Below are positions 24,306 through 34,400 of a stretch of DNA of 64,000 nt, piece by piece. The position numbers were made by a program, and so were the translations under genes. Where the stretch lies: positions 17,320-81,319 of the forward strand of contig NIVC01003711.1 in the NCBI GenBank assembly GCA_002269645.1, given 5' to 3'. The notes under the pieces were generated by a model. The model saw only the letters and a list, made by a program, of their open reading frames with translations, was not told the DNA's origin and made no database searches. Source of the stretch: Macrostomum lignano. Its lineage: Eukaryota. Numbering within the stretch: position 1 is the stretch's first letter; the number at the start of each line of letters is the position of its first letter.

Positions 24306-27300
24306 TCAGGAGGCGCTGTCTGGCATGAGCAGATCGATCAGGCGCTTCACACAGTCTGGCCTGAGCCGGGCCAAGTCGAAATTTGCATAGTCTTTGTCTT
24401 TATTAGTCAGCGCCTCGGATTCGGCCAGCACGGAGGCGAGAAGCTGCAGTCGGTCTGGATCGTCAAGCGAAGCGGCCAGCAGGCACAGCTGGAATCTCTG
24501 GTCGTATTCCTCCCGGCTCAGGCCAGACTGCGCCGACCACTGGTACTTGGGGTGGCGGGCCAGGGCAGAGGACTCGGCAGCCATGGCAGCAGCCGAGATC
24601 GGTATGGAGGCAGCCGCCAGGGGCGAGGAATCCGCCGACGAGCTTGGCGGTTCGGCGCCAGCTGCCGGCCGGAAGCCGGTGCTCTCGACGCTAACCTGCG
24701 ACATCAGCTCCGGATCGTCTTTGGGCCCAGCGGCCGACTGCAGATAGGGGCTGAGCATTGGCGGCTCAGCCTCCAGCATTGGCGGGGGCTGAGCTGCCTG
24801 AGGCTGGGTGGAAACTGCAGCCTGTGGCGCTTGCAGAGCCGCCACCTTCGCTTCAATTCCTACAGTGTTGTCAACCGGCTGAAGCTGGTCGGAAACTGTG
24901 ACAGCAACGGGGGCGGCGGTTGCCGGGGCGGCCAAGGCGGAAGCTTCAGTGACGTCGTCTCCGTCCGGCTCGTCGTGGCGTCGGCGCTTTTTCTCTTTAC
25001 CGCCCTCGTGTCGATGCCGGCGCCGTTCGTGCCGCTTCCGCTCGGCGTCGCTGTCGGAGTCGCTGCGGCTTCGCGGCGCGCGATGATGATGGTGGTGGTG
25101 GTGCCGGTGGTGCTTCTCTTTCTTTCGTTTCTCCTTTTTTCGCTTTCGTCGATCGTCCTCGCTTTCGGTTGTTAAGCCGGGGGCGCCGCTGCCGCTTGGC
25201 TGCCAGCTGGCGGCGGATTCCGAGTAATTCGCTGGCGGCTGCTGCGCAACCGACGTTGGCGAAGACTTCATTGAATCGACGGCAACGTGCGGTGCAACAA
25301 CGGCCACCATAGCTGGTGGAGCGGCTGTTGGCGGAGCGGACCAGCCCTGCTGCTGCTGCTGTGGAGGGGGGTTCAGTGTGTAGGAGGCATCGGCCGGTGG
25401 CAGAGCAGAGACGGACGCCTCGGCTTTGACGGCAACTGGCGGCGGCGGCGGTACCGCGCCGGGCGAAGATTTAATCGGACTTTTGGAGATTTTCAGCACC
25501 AGCTTCTCGTTTTTCATTTCGTCGGTGCGCAGCTCGGCAACTCGGGGCGGCGCTGGTGGCGGCGGCGGCGGCGCCAACTGCTGCTGCGACAAGTCGAACT
25601 CGGAGACGGCCGGTGATGCCGCCACTGCTGGTTCGGTTTTGACGGCTGCCGGCTGCTGCTTGGGCCGAGCCGAGTAGCCACCGGTGCCGCTGGATTCTCG
25701 AAGCTTCGCTTTGTTTGGCGAGGCCAGCCGACTGCCAACGATGCTCCTGCCGCTGCCCGCCGCCGCCAACTGCGACTGCTGCTGTGGAGACTGCGGCAGC
25801 GAGCCGGAGTGGACAGCCAATTGGTTGGCCAACTGCTGCTCGTCAGTTGAAGAAGCCGGCGACGCGAAGGTTTGTTCATCGGCTGGCAGCAGCGCCGCAG
25901 CCGCAGCCTTGGACTTGCTCTTGGACCGCACCAGGCCGCTGTTGCCCGACCCTCCAAGCTTGCTGGTCTTGGCTGGCTTCACCTCGGCCGGGCCTAGCGG
26001 CGAATCCTCGGCCGGATCCACCACAATCTGGTCAGTAATCAATTAGAGGGGCATTGATAGTGAGCCCAGGTAGCACAGGTAAAATAGGAAAGAAGTGACT
26101 CTGGACGACTCTAAAACTACAAGATGCCCCGGTTCAATTGGACAAAAAGTTGTCAGTTGCCTTAGAGCCACTTGAAGCGTTTTATTAGCTGTGACTCTGA
26201 CAGTGACAGGACGATATAACGACTCTGGGGCCGTAAAGTCGTAAGACAACGATTCTACAACTCACGTGACGCGATTGTGACGCAACAGTCGCTAAAGTCA
26301 CTAGTGAGTTGTTTGCAATCACTCTGTAGCGACTCTTGTCACAGTATAGTTTTAAATGGGGAGCGCAGTTGTAAATAGTGAGCACATTAGAGCACTTCAG
26401 GCATACACAATGAGCAGGTCAGGTTACTTACCCCACCAGCCCGGATAAGCTTCTCCCTGAACTCCGGGGGTCGCGGATTCGCGATGGAAAACGATTTGAT
26501 AGACTTGCAGTTAATATCTTTGTCAAGCATGAGAAACACTTCGTATTCAAAGCCGGCCATTGAATTGTTGAAGTGCAGCTCGATTTTCATTGGAAACGTG
26601 CCAAATGCTTTCTCCTCAATTTCGAATGGAGGCTGGCTAACAACCCGCATGGGGTCGGGAAAGGTTGGGTGCAGCTGGAACACCACTCGTTCAACAAAGG
26701 ATTCTAACTCTCCATGGCGGCCGCAGACCCAAACTTTCCAGACGTGTGTGGCATTTTGTACACTGGAATTTGGCAGCACCGGCTGAGTTGGTGCAGATGA
26801 GAGTCGCTTAGCCCAGTGGCCAATCTCAATCTCAATCTTTATCTGTGGGTGCCATTTAGTTAGCCATTCTTGATTGCATACGCTTTTAAAATAAATCATA
26901 AGTAATCAATCAATTTTAAGTATTAATTTTAAGAATCTATTTATAGTGGTATTTATATAAAAGCATTAGCAAGTTAGTAAATGTTAACTATTGTTCTAAA
27001 ATAATCTACAAAATGATACTAATAATATACTGCATTGATAGTGCTATACCTTTTCCCCATTTGCTTGGTTTTCTAAGAAACTTTTAATGATTTGAGTCAT
27101 AAATAATTGATTTAAATGGGTTGTCATGCATTTTGGTATCTCAATTTGCTTTTTAATATCCTAGTTTGTATTTGCCTATGTCCAACAATAAACTTTATCT
27201 AAAAATAGGGTAAGTTGTAAGTTTTTTGACAGATTGAATCAGTGATTTATTTTCTAATTCATTCTTTGAATCTATTAGGATAAATTTTAAAATATATAGA

Positions 27301-28736
27301 TCTATGAACATTGGGTGTCTATCAAAAAAGTGCCAAGGGTCATTCTCTAGGATATAAGAGCAATATCTAGGCCATAGACTAGATCATGCTGAGTGCATGC
27401 CCAAACAAAAATTGAATAGTTAAAAATGTACACCAAAAAATGGACCTAGATATTGCTCTCTAGACTCTAGACTCTAGTCTCTAGACCAACCTCGCACATT
27501 GTGGTTCCTTCAAAAAGAAAGCCAGTATCAAATAGTAAGAGTTCCGAGTAAATGTTATAAGATTGTTTTCCGAGTTATTCATTTGCAGAAGAGAAGTGAA
27601 GTGGCAGAGAACACATACAGTATATACTACTGAGAAGTGGAAGTAGTAAGAGACTATGAAGTAGATCCTAAATTGATACATGAAAGAATAACCAGAGGCT
27701 GTGACCCTCTGATCTCGGTAATGCCCAGGATTGGAAGTACATGCAATACATATACCAGTAAGCCAATACTGCTCAGGCCAGAATAACAGTAAACACTACT
27801 AGAAAAATAGTAAACGCTACCGGAATAACAGGAGAACAATACAAGGCGATTTCTTAGTTTCCCGCGTTAAATTATTTTTTTGCCTTTTTCAGCTGATCAT
27901 GGCCGGACGACCTCAGGCACGCCGTTTCATCGTTGACCTACACCTTCTGAGGCCCACCATTGAGCTCTGCGACCTCGACGTGAACCATCGGGAGCTGACT
28001 GTCCTCACTGGTGAGACGGGAGTGGAGTGGCTCGCTACATATGGCCTACTGCGAAATTCAATGGAGTGCCCTCATTGCGCACTACTACCCCGCTGTCTGA
28101 CATCCCTGACATCCCATCTATGGCCCCTGGACTTTTATATATGGACTTGGACTTCTTATTGCTTAATTGCTTATTGCTTGGACTTACAAAATAATTTAAC
28201 GCGGGAAACTAAGAAATCGCCCAATACAATTGTAAGGGCTAAATAGTATTCTAAGAACAATATACTCAGAAAAATTCTCAAATAGATACTCAGACAACTA
28301 CTTAGATATATACTCAGACTAATTCCAAGAAACATTTCTCAGACTTATTCTAAGATTAATAAACTCATAATTTATTAATAAAATAGTCTTGGTGGCACTG
28401 GCAGGCAGCAGCTACCAACATTAAGACATTTAACATAGAAAGAAGTATAACCCCTAGTACAACTTGGTGGCATTGTGGAATCATTTATAAAGACAGAAGT
28501 TAAGCCCTTTGACAACTTTAGTGACAGCTGTGGAATCATTTGTAGAGACAGAAGAATCAGCCCTTCGACAACTTTGGTGGCAGCTTTAGGGTATTCAATA
28601 ATAGGAATTAGAAAAGTAGCCCTACAACACTAGGCTTATTCAATTTATAATTTTAATAGAGCTCATTGTACTAAGACACAAAAAGAAACAATTTTAAAAG
28701 CCGCCAACTCACCTTCTCCTTCATTTTGCTAGTCAT
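24306..28736 (-). CDS. MLLT3: AF9/ENL-family YEATS-domain protein (MLLT3/MLLT1/ear-like, ~718 aa); exons 28736-28713 (predicted), 26842-26432, 26027-24306
   Basis: YEATS domain IKIEIEIGHWAK...THVWKVWVCG...FVERVVFQLHPTFPDPMRVVSQPPFEIEEKAFGTFPMKIELHF...FREKLIRAGG aligns by eye with AF9. The C-terminal NFDLARLRPDCVKRLIDLL resembles the AF9 AHD (FDLCSLDKTTVRKLQSYL). All junctions are phase 0 with GT/AG. The 24-nt first exon ATG ACT AGC AAA ATG AAG GAG AAG|GTGAG is inferred. Confidence 0.88.
27550..28629 (+). mobile_element. Old solo-LTR/remnant related to the adjacent gypsy LTR (left boundary unresolved), interrupted by the Merlin element, in AF9 intron 1
   Basis: 28440-28629 carries the same CCC-NNNN-ACA-ACT(T)-TGGTGGCA units and AGACAG(G/A)A spacer motifs as U5 of the full element, ending CCCTACAACA at 28629. 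No matching TSD was found. Confidence 0.6.
27845..28221 (+). mobile_element. Non-autonomous Merlin (IS1016-like) DNA transposon deletion derivative, 377 bp
   Basis: Perfect 34-bp TIRs starting GGCGATTTCTTAG (27845-27878 / 28188-28221) and an 8-bp TSD CAATACAA (27837-27844 / 28222-28229). The internal ORF from 27899 contains EWLATYGLLRNSMECPHC, resembling the Merlin transposase N-terminal CxxC region. Confidence 0.85.
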
Positions 28737-28782
28737 GATGATTGATGTTTTTCAAATGTCGAATAGATAGAACCTACGAGGT

Positions 28783-28790
28783 ATTTATAG
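28783..28790 (-). promoter_or_regulatory. Possible TATA box for the AF9/ENL gene
   Basis: TATAAATA on the minus strand ~47 nt upstream of the predicted ATG at 28736. Confidence 0.35.
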
Positions 28791-29528
28791 CCTATACGAA
28801 TGTGGCCTTTATAAATATAGCCTTCCTGTTAGTTAGTAGTAGAAAGAATCAAAATAATCCTGGTTCAAAATCAACTGATTAGTCATATATGATATACTTA
28901 ACTTACTGCAGTTGCGCTATGCGCGGCTCTGGCGACTCTGCAGGCCTCTGCTACTAAAAATTACGACTTCTTTGAAAAGAACTTTTTAAATGGGAGCGTT
29001 GCGTGTTTTGTTTTTTTGACATGAAGAAAAATATGGCAATCCAGTTAGGAATTCTATAATTATTAATGTTTATATTCACTTAGGCCCAGCCTAGTCTTTT
29101 TTTAATACATATAAAATACGTGTACTACTAACTTTAGATTTACTCTACTAACTGCTTCATCACAAAAATTTAAATTACACTGAAACGCTTTTTATTTGTG
29201 TACTTTATTTTTTATCGGATTCTTTACTTTTTGTCTTGTTTTATATACTATTGAGCTGACCTATACAGGTACTGTAGTAAAAAGATGCATCCGGCGTGTC
29301 CAGTAAGGTCGCTGGGCCAGTGAGGTCGGTGGGCCTGCCGCTTTTTAGCAGAGGCCCTGAAAATATTGCAAGGGGGCAAGCGAATTTTTGCCAAAATACA
29401 GTCTCACCCAGACCCACTCACTCTCACTTCTAACCTTCCGAGATACGCGCCTCATCTTACAGGTTCTGCCGACTTCTGTAGAGTAGAGCACTTCCTTTCC
29501 GAGCATATTTCATTATTTCCTATAATAT

Positions 29529-30344
29529 TGAGGCAGGCCCGATGTGTTTAATATTCACGTAACCATGATTTTAAATTTCCGCCAAACTACGCTTAACAAC
29601 GCATTTTTGTTAGAACGAAATCTTTGTTTTAATGGGTTTGTTTTATTCGGGAAAATTATTTTGTTAAACCGCTATAAAGAAATTTGTTTATTCACGACCC
29701 GCGCACCCCACCTCCCCCTTTTTGAGACTATAAATACAAGCGATTGCGGGCAATTTCCCCTTTGCCCGCCGTTTCCTCGATTCGGTCAAGAAAAGCAAAA
29801 CGTGTTGTCTTAGTCACTGGAAAGCAAGACAGGAGAGAAAGCTGTAAGAGGCCAGAAAAGCCGTAAGAGGCCAAGAAAGCCGTGAGAAGCCAGAAAAGCC
29901 GTAAGAGGCCAAGAAAAACTGTAAGAAGCCAGAAATAGACGGTTGACGAGTCGGGCAACTCCTTCCCAGGGAGCCCGCAACTAAATATAGGGAATTAATA
30001 GTAGTAATAATAATAGTAGTGAGATTCATAACTACATGTAGACCAGTGTTTGCCGCTCGACACTGCTACCAGGGCGACTTGCATAGATTCAAGGAGTCCT
30101 TAGATTAGAATTCTAGACTTGATATTTTCTAAGAAGCAGCAATTGACTAAGCAATTTTATGGAGTAATAACTATTCTAAATTACAACAACTTGATTCTGT
30201 AGTGTGATTATAAACTAAGAAGTGTATAGCCCTGGTATAACTTGGTAACAGCGGTGGGATATTAACAGACAGGAATACCCCCTAGAACAACTTGGTGGCA
30301 GCGGTGGGATATTATTAGAGAGGACAGGAGTTTCCCCTAGAACA
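29529..30344 (+). repeat. 5' LTR (TATA box TATAAATA 29729-29736; ~19-bp internal tandem 29839-29935; internal PBS copies)
   Basis: Direct repeat of 38335-39150 at offset 8806. Confidence 0.97.
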
Positions 30345-30347
30345 ACT

Positions 30348-30359
30348 TGGTGGCAGCGG
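30348..30359 (+). promoter_or_regulatory. Primer-binding site complementary to tRNA-Leu 3' end
   Basis: TGGTGGCAGCGG 3 nt after the LTR end. The reverse complement of the conserved metazoan tRNA-Leu(AAG/TAG) 3' end is TGGTGGCAGCGGTGGGATTCGAACC. Confidence 0.85.
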
Positions 30360-30393
30360 AAAGGGATTGGAATCCGACTAAGTCGACCGCTAA

Positions 30394-30493
30394 AGCAAAT
30401 AACGTGAGAGTACAGCAAATAACGTGAGAGTACAGCAAATAACGTGAGAGTACAGCAAATAACGTGAGAGTACAGCAAATAACGTGAGAGTAC
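30394..30493. repeat. Five perfect 20-bp tandem copies (AGCAAATAACGTGAGAGTAC) in the gag leader
   Basis: Copies start at 30394, 30414, 30434, 30454 and 30474; the gag ATG is at 30495. Confidence 0.95.
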
Positions 30494-30494
30494 A

Positions 30495-31397
30495 ATGGCA
30501 GCACTTAATGACGCTATAGGTTTATTAGCAGAGGAGCTTAGGAACAGGCTAGAACTAGGGCCTATGAGGCATGTAAAGATCCAAAAGTACACTCCCAGCC
30601 AGGATGTACGAATTTGGTTGACTGCATTCGATCAAAGGTGTGATCAGGAAGGAATAGATCAGGAGCACAGGAAAACTGAACTTCTAGCTAACCTAGATCT
30701 GTCAACTGCATTCGCTGCAGTACAGCGATTAAATTTACCCGAGGATTTGACGTATGAGGAATTTAAGGAGAGATTGGTGGAAAGATTTGGCCGGATTGGT
30801 AGCTCATCTGAGTGCAGAGAAGAGTTCAGAGGTAGGATGCAGGGTAGAAACGAGGCAACCGACGTGTTCGCCGATGCTTTGATCGAACTAGCAGCTAGGG
30901 CGTTCCCAAATATGAACGCAGAACAGCGTGAAGAGGAAGTAATCGAGCAATTTATCAAGGGAGTAAGAATTTCCTCCGATACCCGGGAGAAACTTATTTT
31001 TGCTCAGCCCACTAGCCTGCAGGAGGCCAGACGCATGCTTAGGAGAATAGAAGCAGCCTGGCATATGTCGCATAAGAACGGTGTCAGAGTCGTGAGAGAC
31101 GAAGATGATGAGAAGAGCAAGCTAGAAAAGCTAATTAAGCTGCAGAAAGCTGAGCTCGAAGAGCAGAAGAAGTTAATTCAGGAACTGCAAACTGAAAAGC
31201 AGCAGCAGCCGCCAGTTACTCAGACTAGGCCGCAATACTATCAGCCAAGAGTTCAGGCGTTCCAGCCACAGCTTCGCCCGCTGATGCAGCAGCAGATAAG
31301 GAGGCAGATTCCGTGGAAGCCAACACAGAATGTAGTGCGACCTGGCTTTAACAACCAGAGTCGATTCCCTGCCCGCAACCCCAATCAGGGAAACTAG
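30495..31397 (+). CDS. gag: Retrotransposon Gag (capsid-like, no CCHC knuckle)
   Basis: 300 aa ORF after the PBS. Motifs (DVRIWLTAF...LTYEEFKERLVERFG...FRGRMQGRNE...FADALIELAARAFP...EQFIKG) are typical of Ty3/gypsy capsid. Confidence 0.9.
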   Translation: MAALNDAIGLLAEELRNRLELGPMRHVKIQKYTPSQDVRIWLTAFDQRCDQEGIDQEHRKTELLANLDLSTAFAAVQRLNLPEDLTYEEFKERLVERFGRIGSSSECREEFRGRMQGRNEATDVFADALIELAARAFPNMNAEQREEEVIEQFIKGVRISSDTREKLIFAQPTSLQEARRMLRRIEAAWHMSHKNGVRVVRDEDDEKSKLEKLIKLQKAELEEQKKLIQELQTEKQQQPPVTQTRPQYYQPRVQAFQPQLRPLMQQQIRRQIPWKPTQNVVRPGFNNQSRFPARNPNQGN

Positions 31398-31461
31398 GAT
31401 TCGAGGGTCGATATTCGAGGCCACGTCCCTCTAGGAAACCCCAAAGCGAAGCTCAGGCCTC
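31388..31461 (+). promoter_or_regulatory. -1 programmed ribosomal frameshift signal (G GGA AAC plus predicted H-type pseudoknot)
   Basis: In-phase heptamer 31388-31394 immediately before the gag TAG. The -1 frame is open into pol. Stems GAGGGTCG/CGTCCCTC and GAGGCC/GGCCTC. Confidence 0.8.
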
Positions 31462-34400
31462 TCATTTCTCCCGCAAACCCGTTTTCAACCCACTCCCTGG
31501 AGGATGGCGACAAGTCCCATTTTCCAGGAATTCAATGCGTAATGCACCAATGCGTAATGCACCAACGCGTAATGCACCCATGTATAGAGCACCAATGCGT
31601 AATGCACCTGTAAACAGCGCGTCTCCCATCGCGCTATCTCCTAATATGTTTGAGTTATTGGCGTCAGAGCCCAGTGAGTCAGATGCAAAAGCATCAGCAT
31701 CCGAGTTGACAAAGTCCCCAGTGACTAAGCCAGCAAATGCAAAGCAGAAGGCGAGAAAATCTCGCAAAGCGAAATATCGAGAAGCTAAGAAAGCAGCTGA
31801 GAAAGCAAAAGTTGATTTGATAAGCGAGAAAAGTAGCGAAGCAATTGTCTTTGGAGACATTGAAGGTCAAGAAATTGACTTCTTGCTTGACACCGGAGCC
31901 GGAAACTGCTTCCTAAGCAAGTCAGTATGGTCCAAGGTGATCAAGACAGAGCAAATCCGAGAAACCAATAAGAGAGTTACCACATTTGATGGTTCCTCAG
32001 TGCAGCTAGAAGGAGAAGCTAGTGTGTCTGTAACCTTTGGAGATATCCAAATTGATACCAGCTTTTTGCTGTGCAGCTATGAATGTGATAACATTCTTGG
32101 CATGGACTTCTTCCTTTCCCACTGTAAGAGCATTGATTTAGACAATGGCATGCTTGTACTAAAAAGAGGCCTCTGTGTGCCTATGCAGTACACTCGCCAA
32201 GCAGTTAGAATTTGCCGAGTTTATACTCGAGAAAAGGCAGTAGTACCTGCTAATAGTGCATTGAGAGTTCCCATTAGGCTAGCGAAAGACCATGAGCCCA
32301 ATCATGGCACTCCTATGACAGTAGAAGTGATCGGAGAAGGCGTGAGAGCCAAGGAATTGACAGTAGAGATGGTTCCGACATTGGTCACCATGAGAGACGG
32401 CAGTGCCATCGTGGAGATCGTGAATCGACACTCTGTCGACGTGAGACTGCCGAAGTCGACATTGATTGGTCTGGCCAAGCCCATGAGAGCCAAGGACCTC
32501 GTCTACTGGTCAGCATCGCCTTCCGCCGCCGAATCAGCTTCGCCGACAATTGCCGAAGATGCCGCACAACCCGCCGGACGTGTCAATCAAGCTCAGGCAA
32601 CTGAAGATGCTTGGGTGAGCGAAATTAGTATTGGTGCCGATTTATCTGAAAGTCAGCGAAAAGCAGTAATTGATCTCGTGAGAGAGAATAGAGAAGCATT
32701 TTCCCAGCATGATTTAGACATGGGATTGACTCATCTAGTCACTCATGAAATTTCCCTGAAGGACGAGACCCCTGTTAGAATCCCTACCCGCCGCATCCCC
32801 CCTCATCTCCAAAAGCAAGTCGACGCCCAGCTAGACGACATGCTAGCTAAGAATCTCATCCGCCCCTGCTATTCTACCTATTCTACCCCATTAGTCATTG
32901 TGCCAAAGAAGGATGGCACCATCCGAATAGTGAGTGATTTCCGAGTGCTCAACTCTAGAGTTAACTATTTTCCCTATCCCCTCCCCAATATTCAAGAAAC
33001 TTTTTCTAATCTTACTGGCAGTAGGTACTTTAGTAGTTTAGATCTTAACTCAGGTTATTGGCAAGTGCCTATAAAGGAAGAGCATAAGTTCATGACCGCG
33101 TTCTCTACTTTGACGCGAGGACAGTTTGAGTACCAGGTTATGGCGCAAGGGTTATCCAACGCGCCCGGTACATTTCAAAGACTGATGAACTTAGTGCTAG
33201 CCGGAATCCAGCATAAGTTTGCAATGTCGTATATTGACGATATAGTTACTTACTCGAAGCAATTTGAGGAGCATTTATCCCATCTAAGAGAGGTGTTTCA
33301 GAGATTGATCACCGCAGGTTTAAAGTTGAGAGCGAAAAAGTGCAACTTATTTCACTCTGAACTCAAGTATCTAGGCCATGTGATAGGTAGAGATGGCATT
33401 CGCACAGACGAAGCCAAGATTGAAGCCATTAGAACCTGGCCAAAGCCAAAGGAAGTAAAGGAATTGAGAAGCTTTTTAGGATTGTGCAATTACTACAGCA
33501 GATTTGTCAAAAATTATGCTGAAGTAGCGCATCCTCTTTTCCAACTGACTCGTAAGGGAGTTCAAAACTTCCAAGCAAAATGGACAGCAAAGCATGATGA
33601 AGCGTTTGAGCTATTGAAAACCCGTATGATGAGTACTGACGTGTTAGCATACCCTGAGTTCATAGACAATGAGAAGGTGAAGATGGTTCTCGATGTAGAC
33701 GCCAGTGATGGACGCATAGGTGCCTGTTTAGGACAAATCCAATCAGACGGTGTCGAGAGACCAATCGCCTACTTTAGTCGCGCTATGAAGGAGTCAGAAA
33801 AACGCTATCCCATAACTCGCAAGGAGTTGCTAGCTCTAGTAGATGCCATGAGGCATTTCCGCTTCTATCTAATAGGAAAGAAATTTCTAGCTAGGACCGA
33901 CCATAAGGCTATACTTTGGTTATTAAGGCAGACAGAAGCCCAGGGCATTTTAGGCAGATGGATTGAGCGCCTCAATGAATTTCAATTCGAAATCGAGCAT
34001 AGGAGTGGCGCGAAACATTCAAATGCCGATAGCTTGTCCCGAAGGCCAGCCGAGGCTGCCCAGCCAGATTGTAAAGCCAATGAGAAGGCGGAAGCCGAGA
34101 AGAAGAATCAAGAGATGAGCGAAATCCCCAGCAAAGGCGTAAGAGCCGAAGTGAACCAAAAGATAAGCGCAGATAAAGAGAAGTATATCCCCAGCGAACG
34201 CGTGTGTGCACAGCAGAACCAGAATGGGAAGGCTAAGGACAGCATAAGCAATCTGACCCAGCCCCCCACTGAGCAGAGAGAGGGAGAGACCAACCCCCCC
34301 CCCCCCGAGTCACAGAGGAGCAAAATAGTCTCTGGTGAGAAGAGTGTAAGGATTGACAGTGTGAAAACACAGAGCTCCTGCGTTATGCAATCGAGCAGAG

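Noticed and set aside
29544-30029. Short ORFs duplicated at 38350-38835
   Set aside because: They lie within the LTRs and are duplicated for that reason; no coding features.
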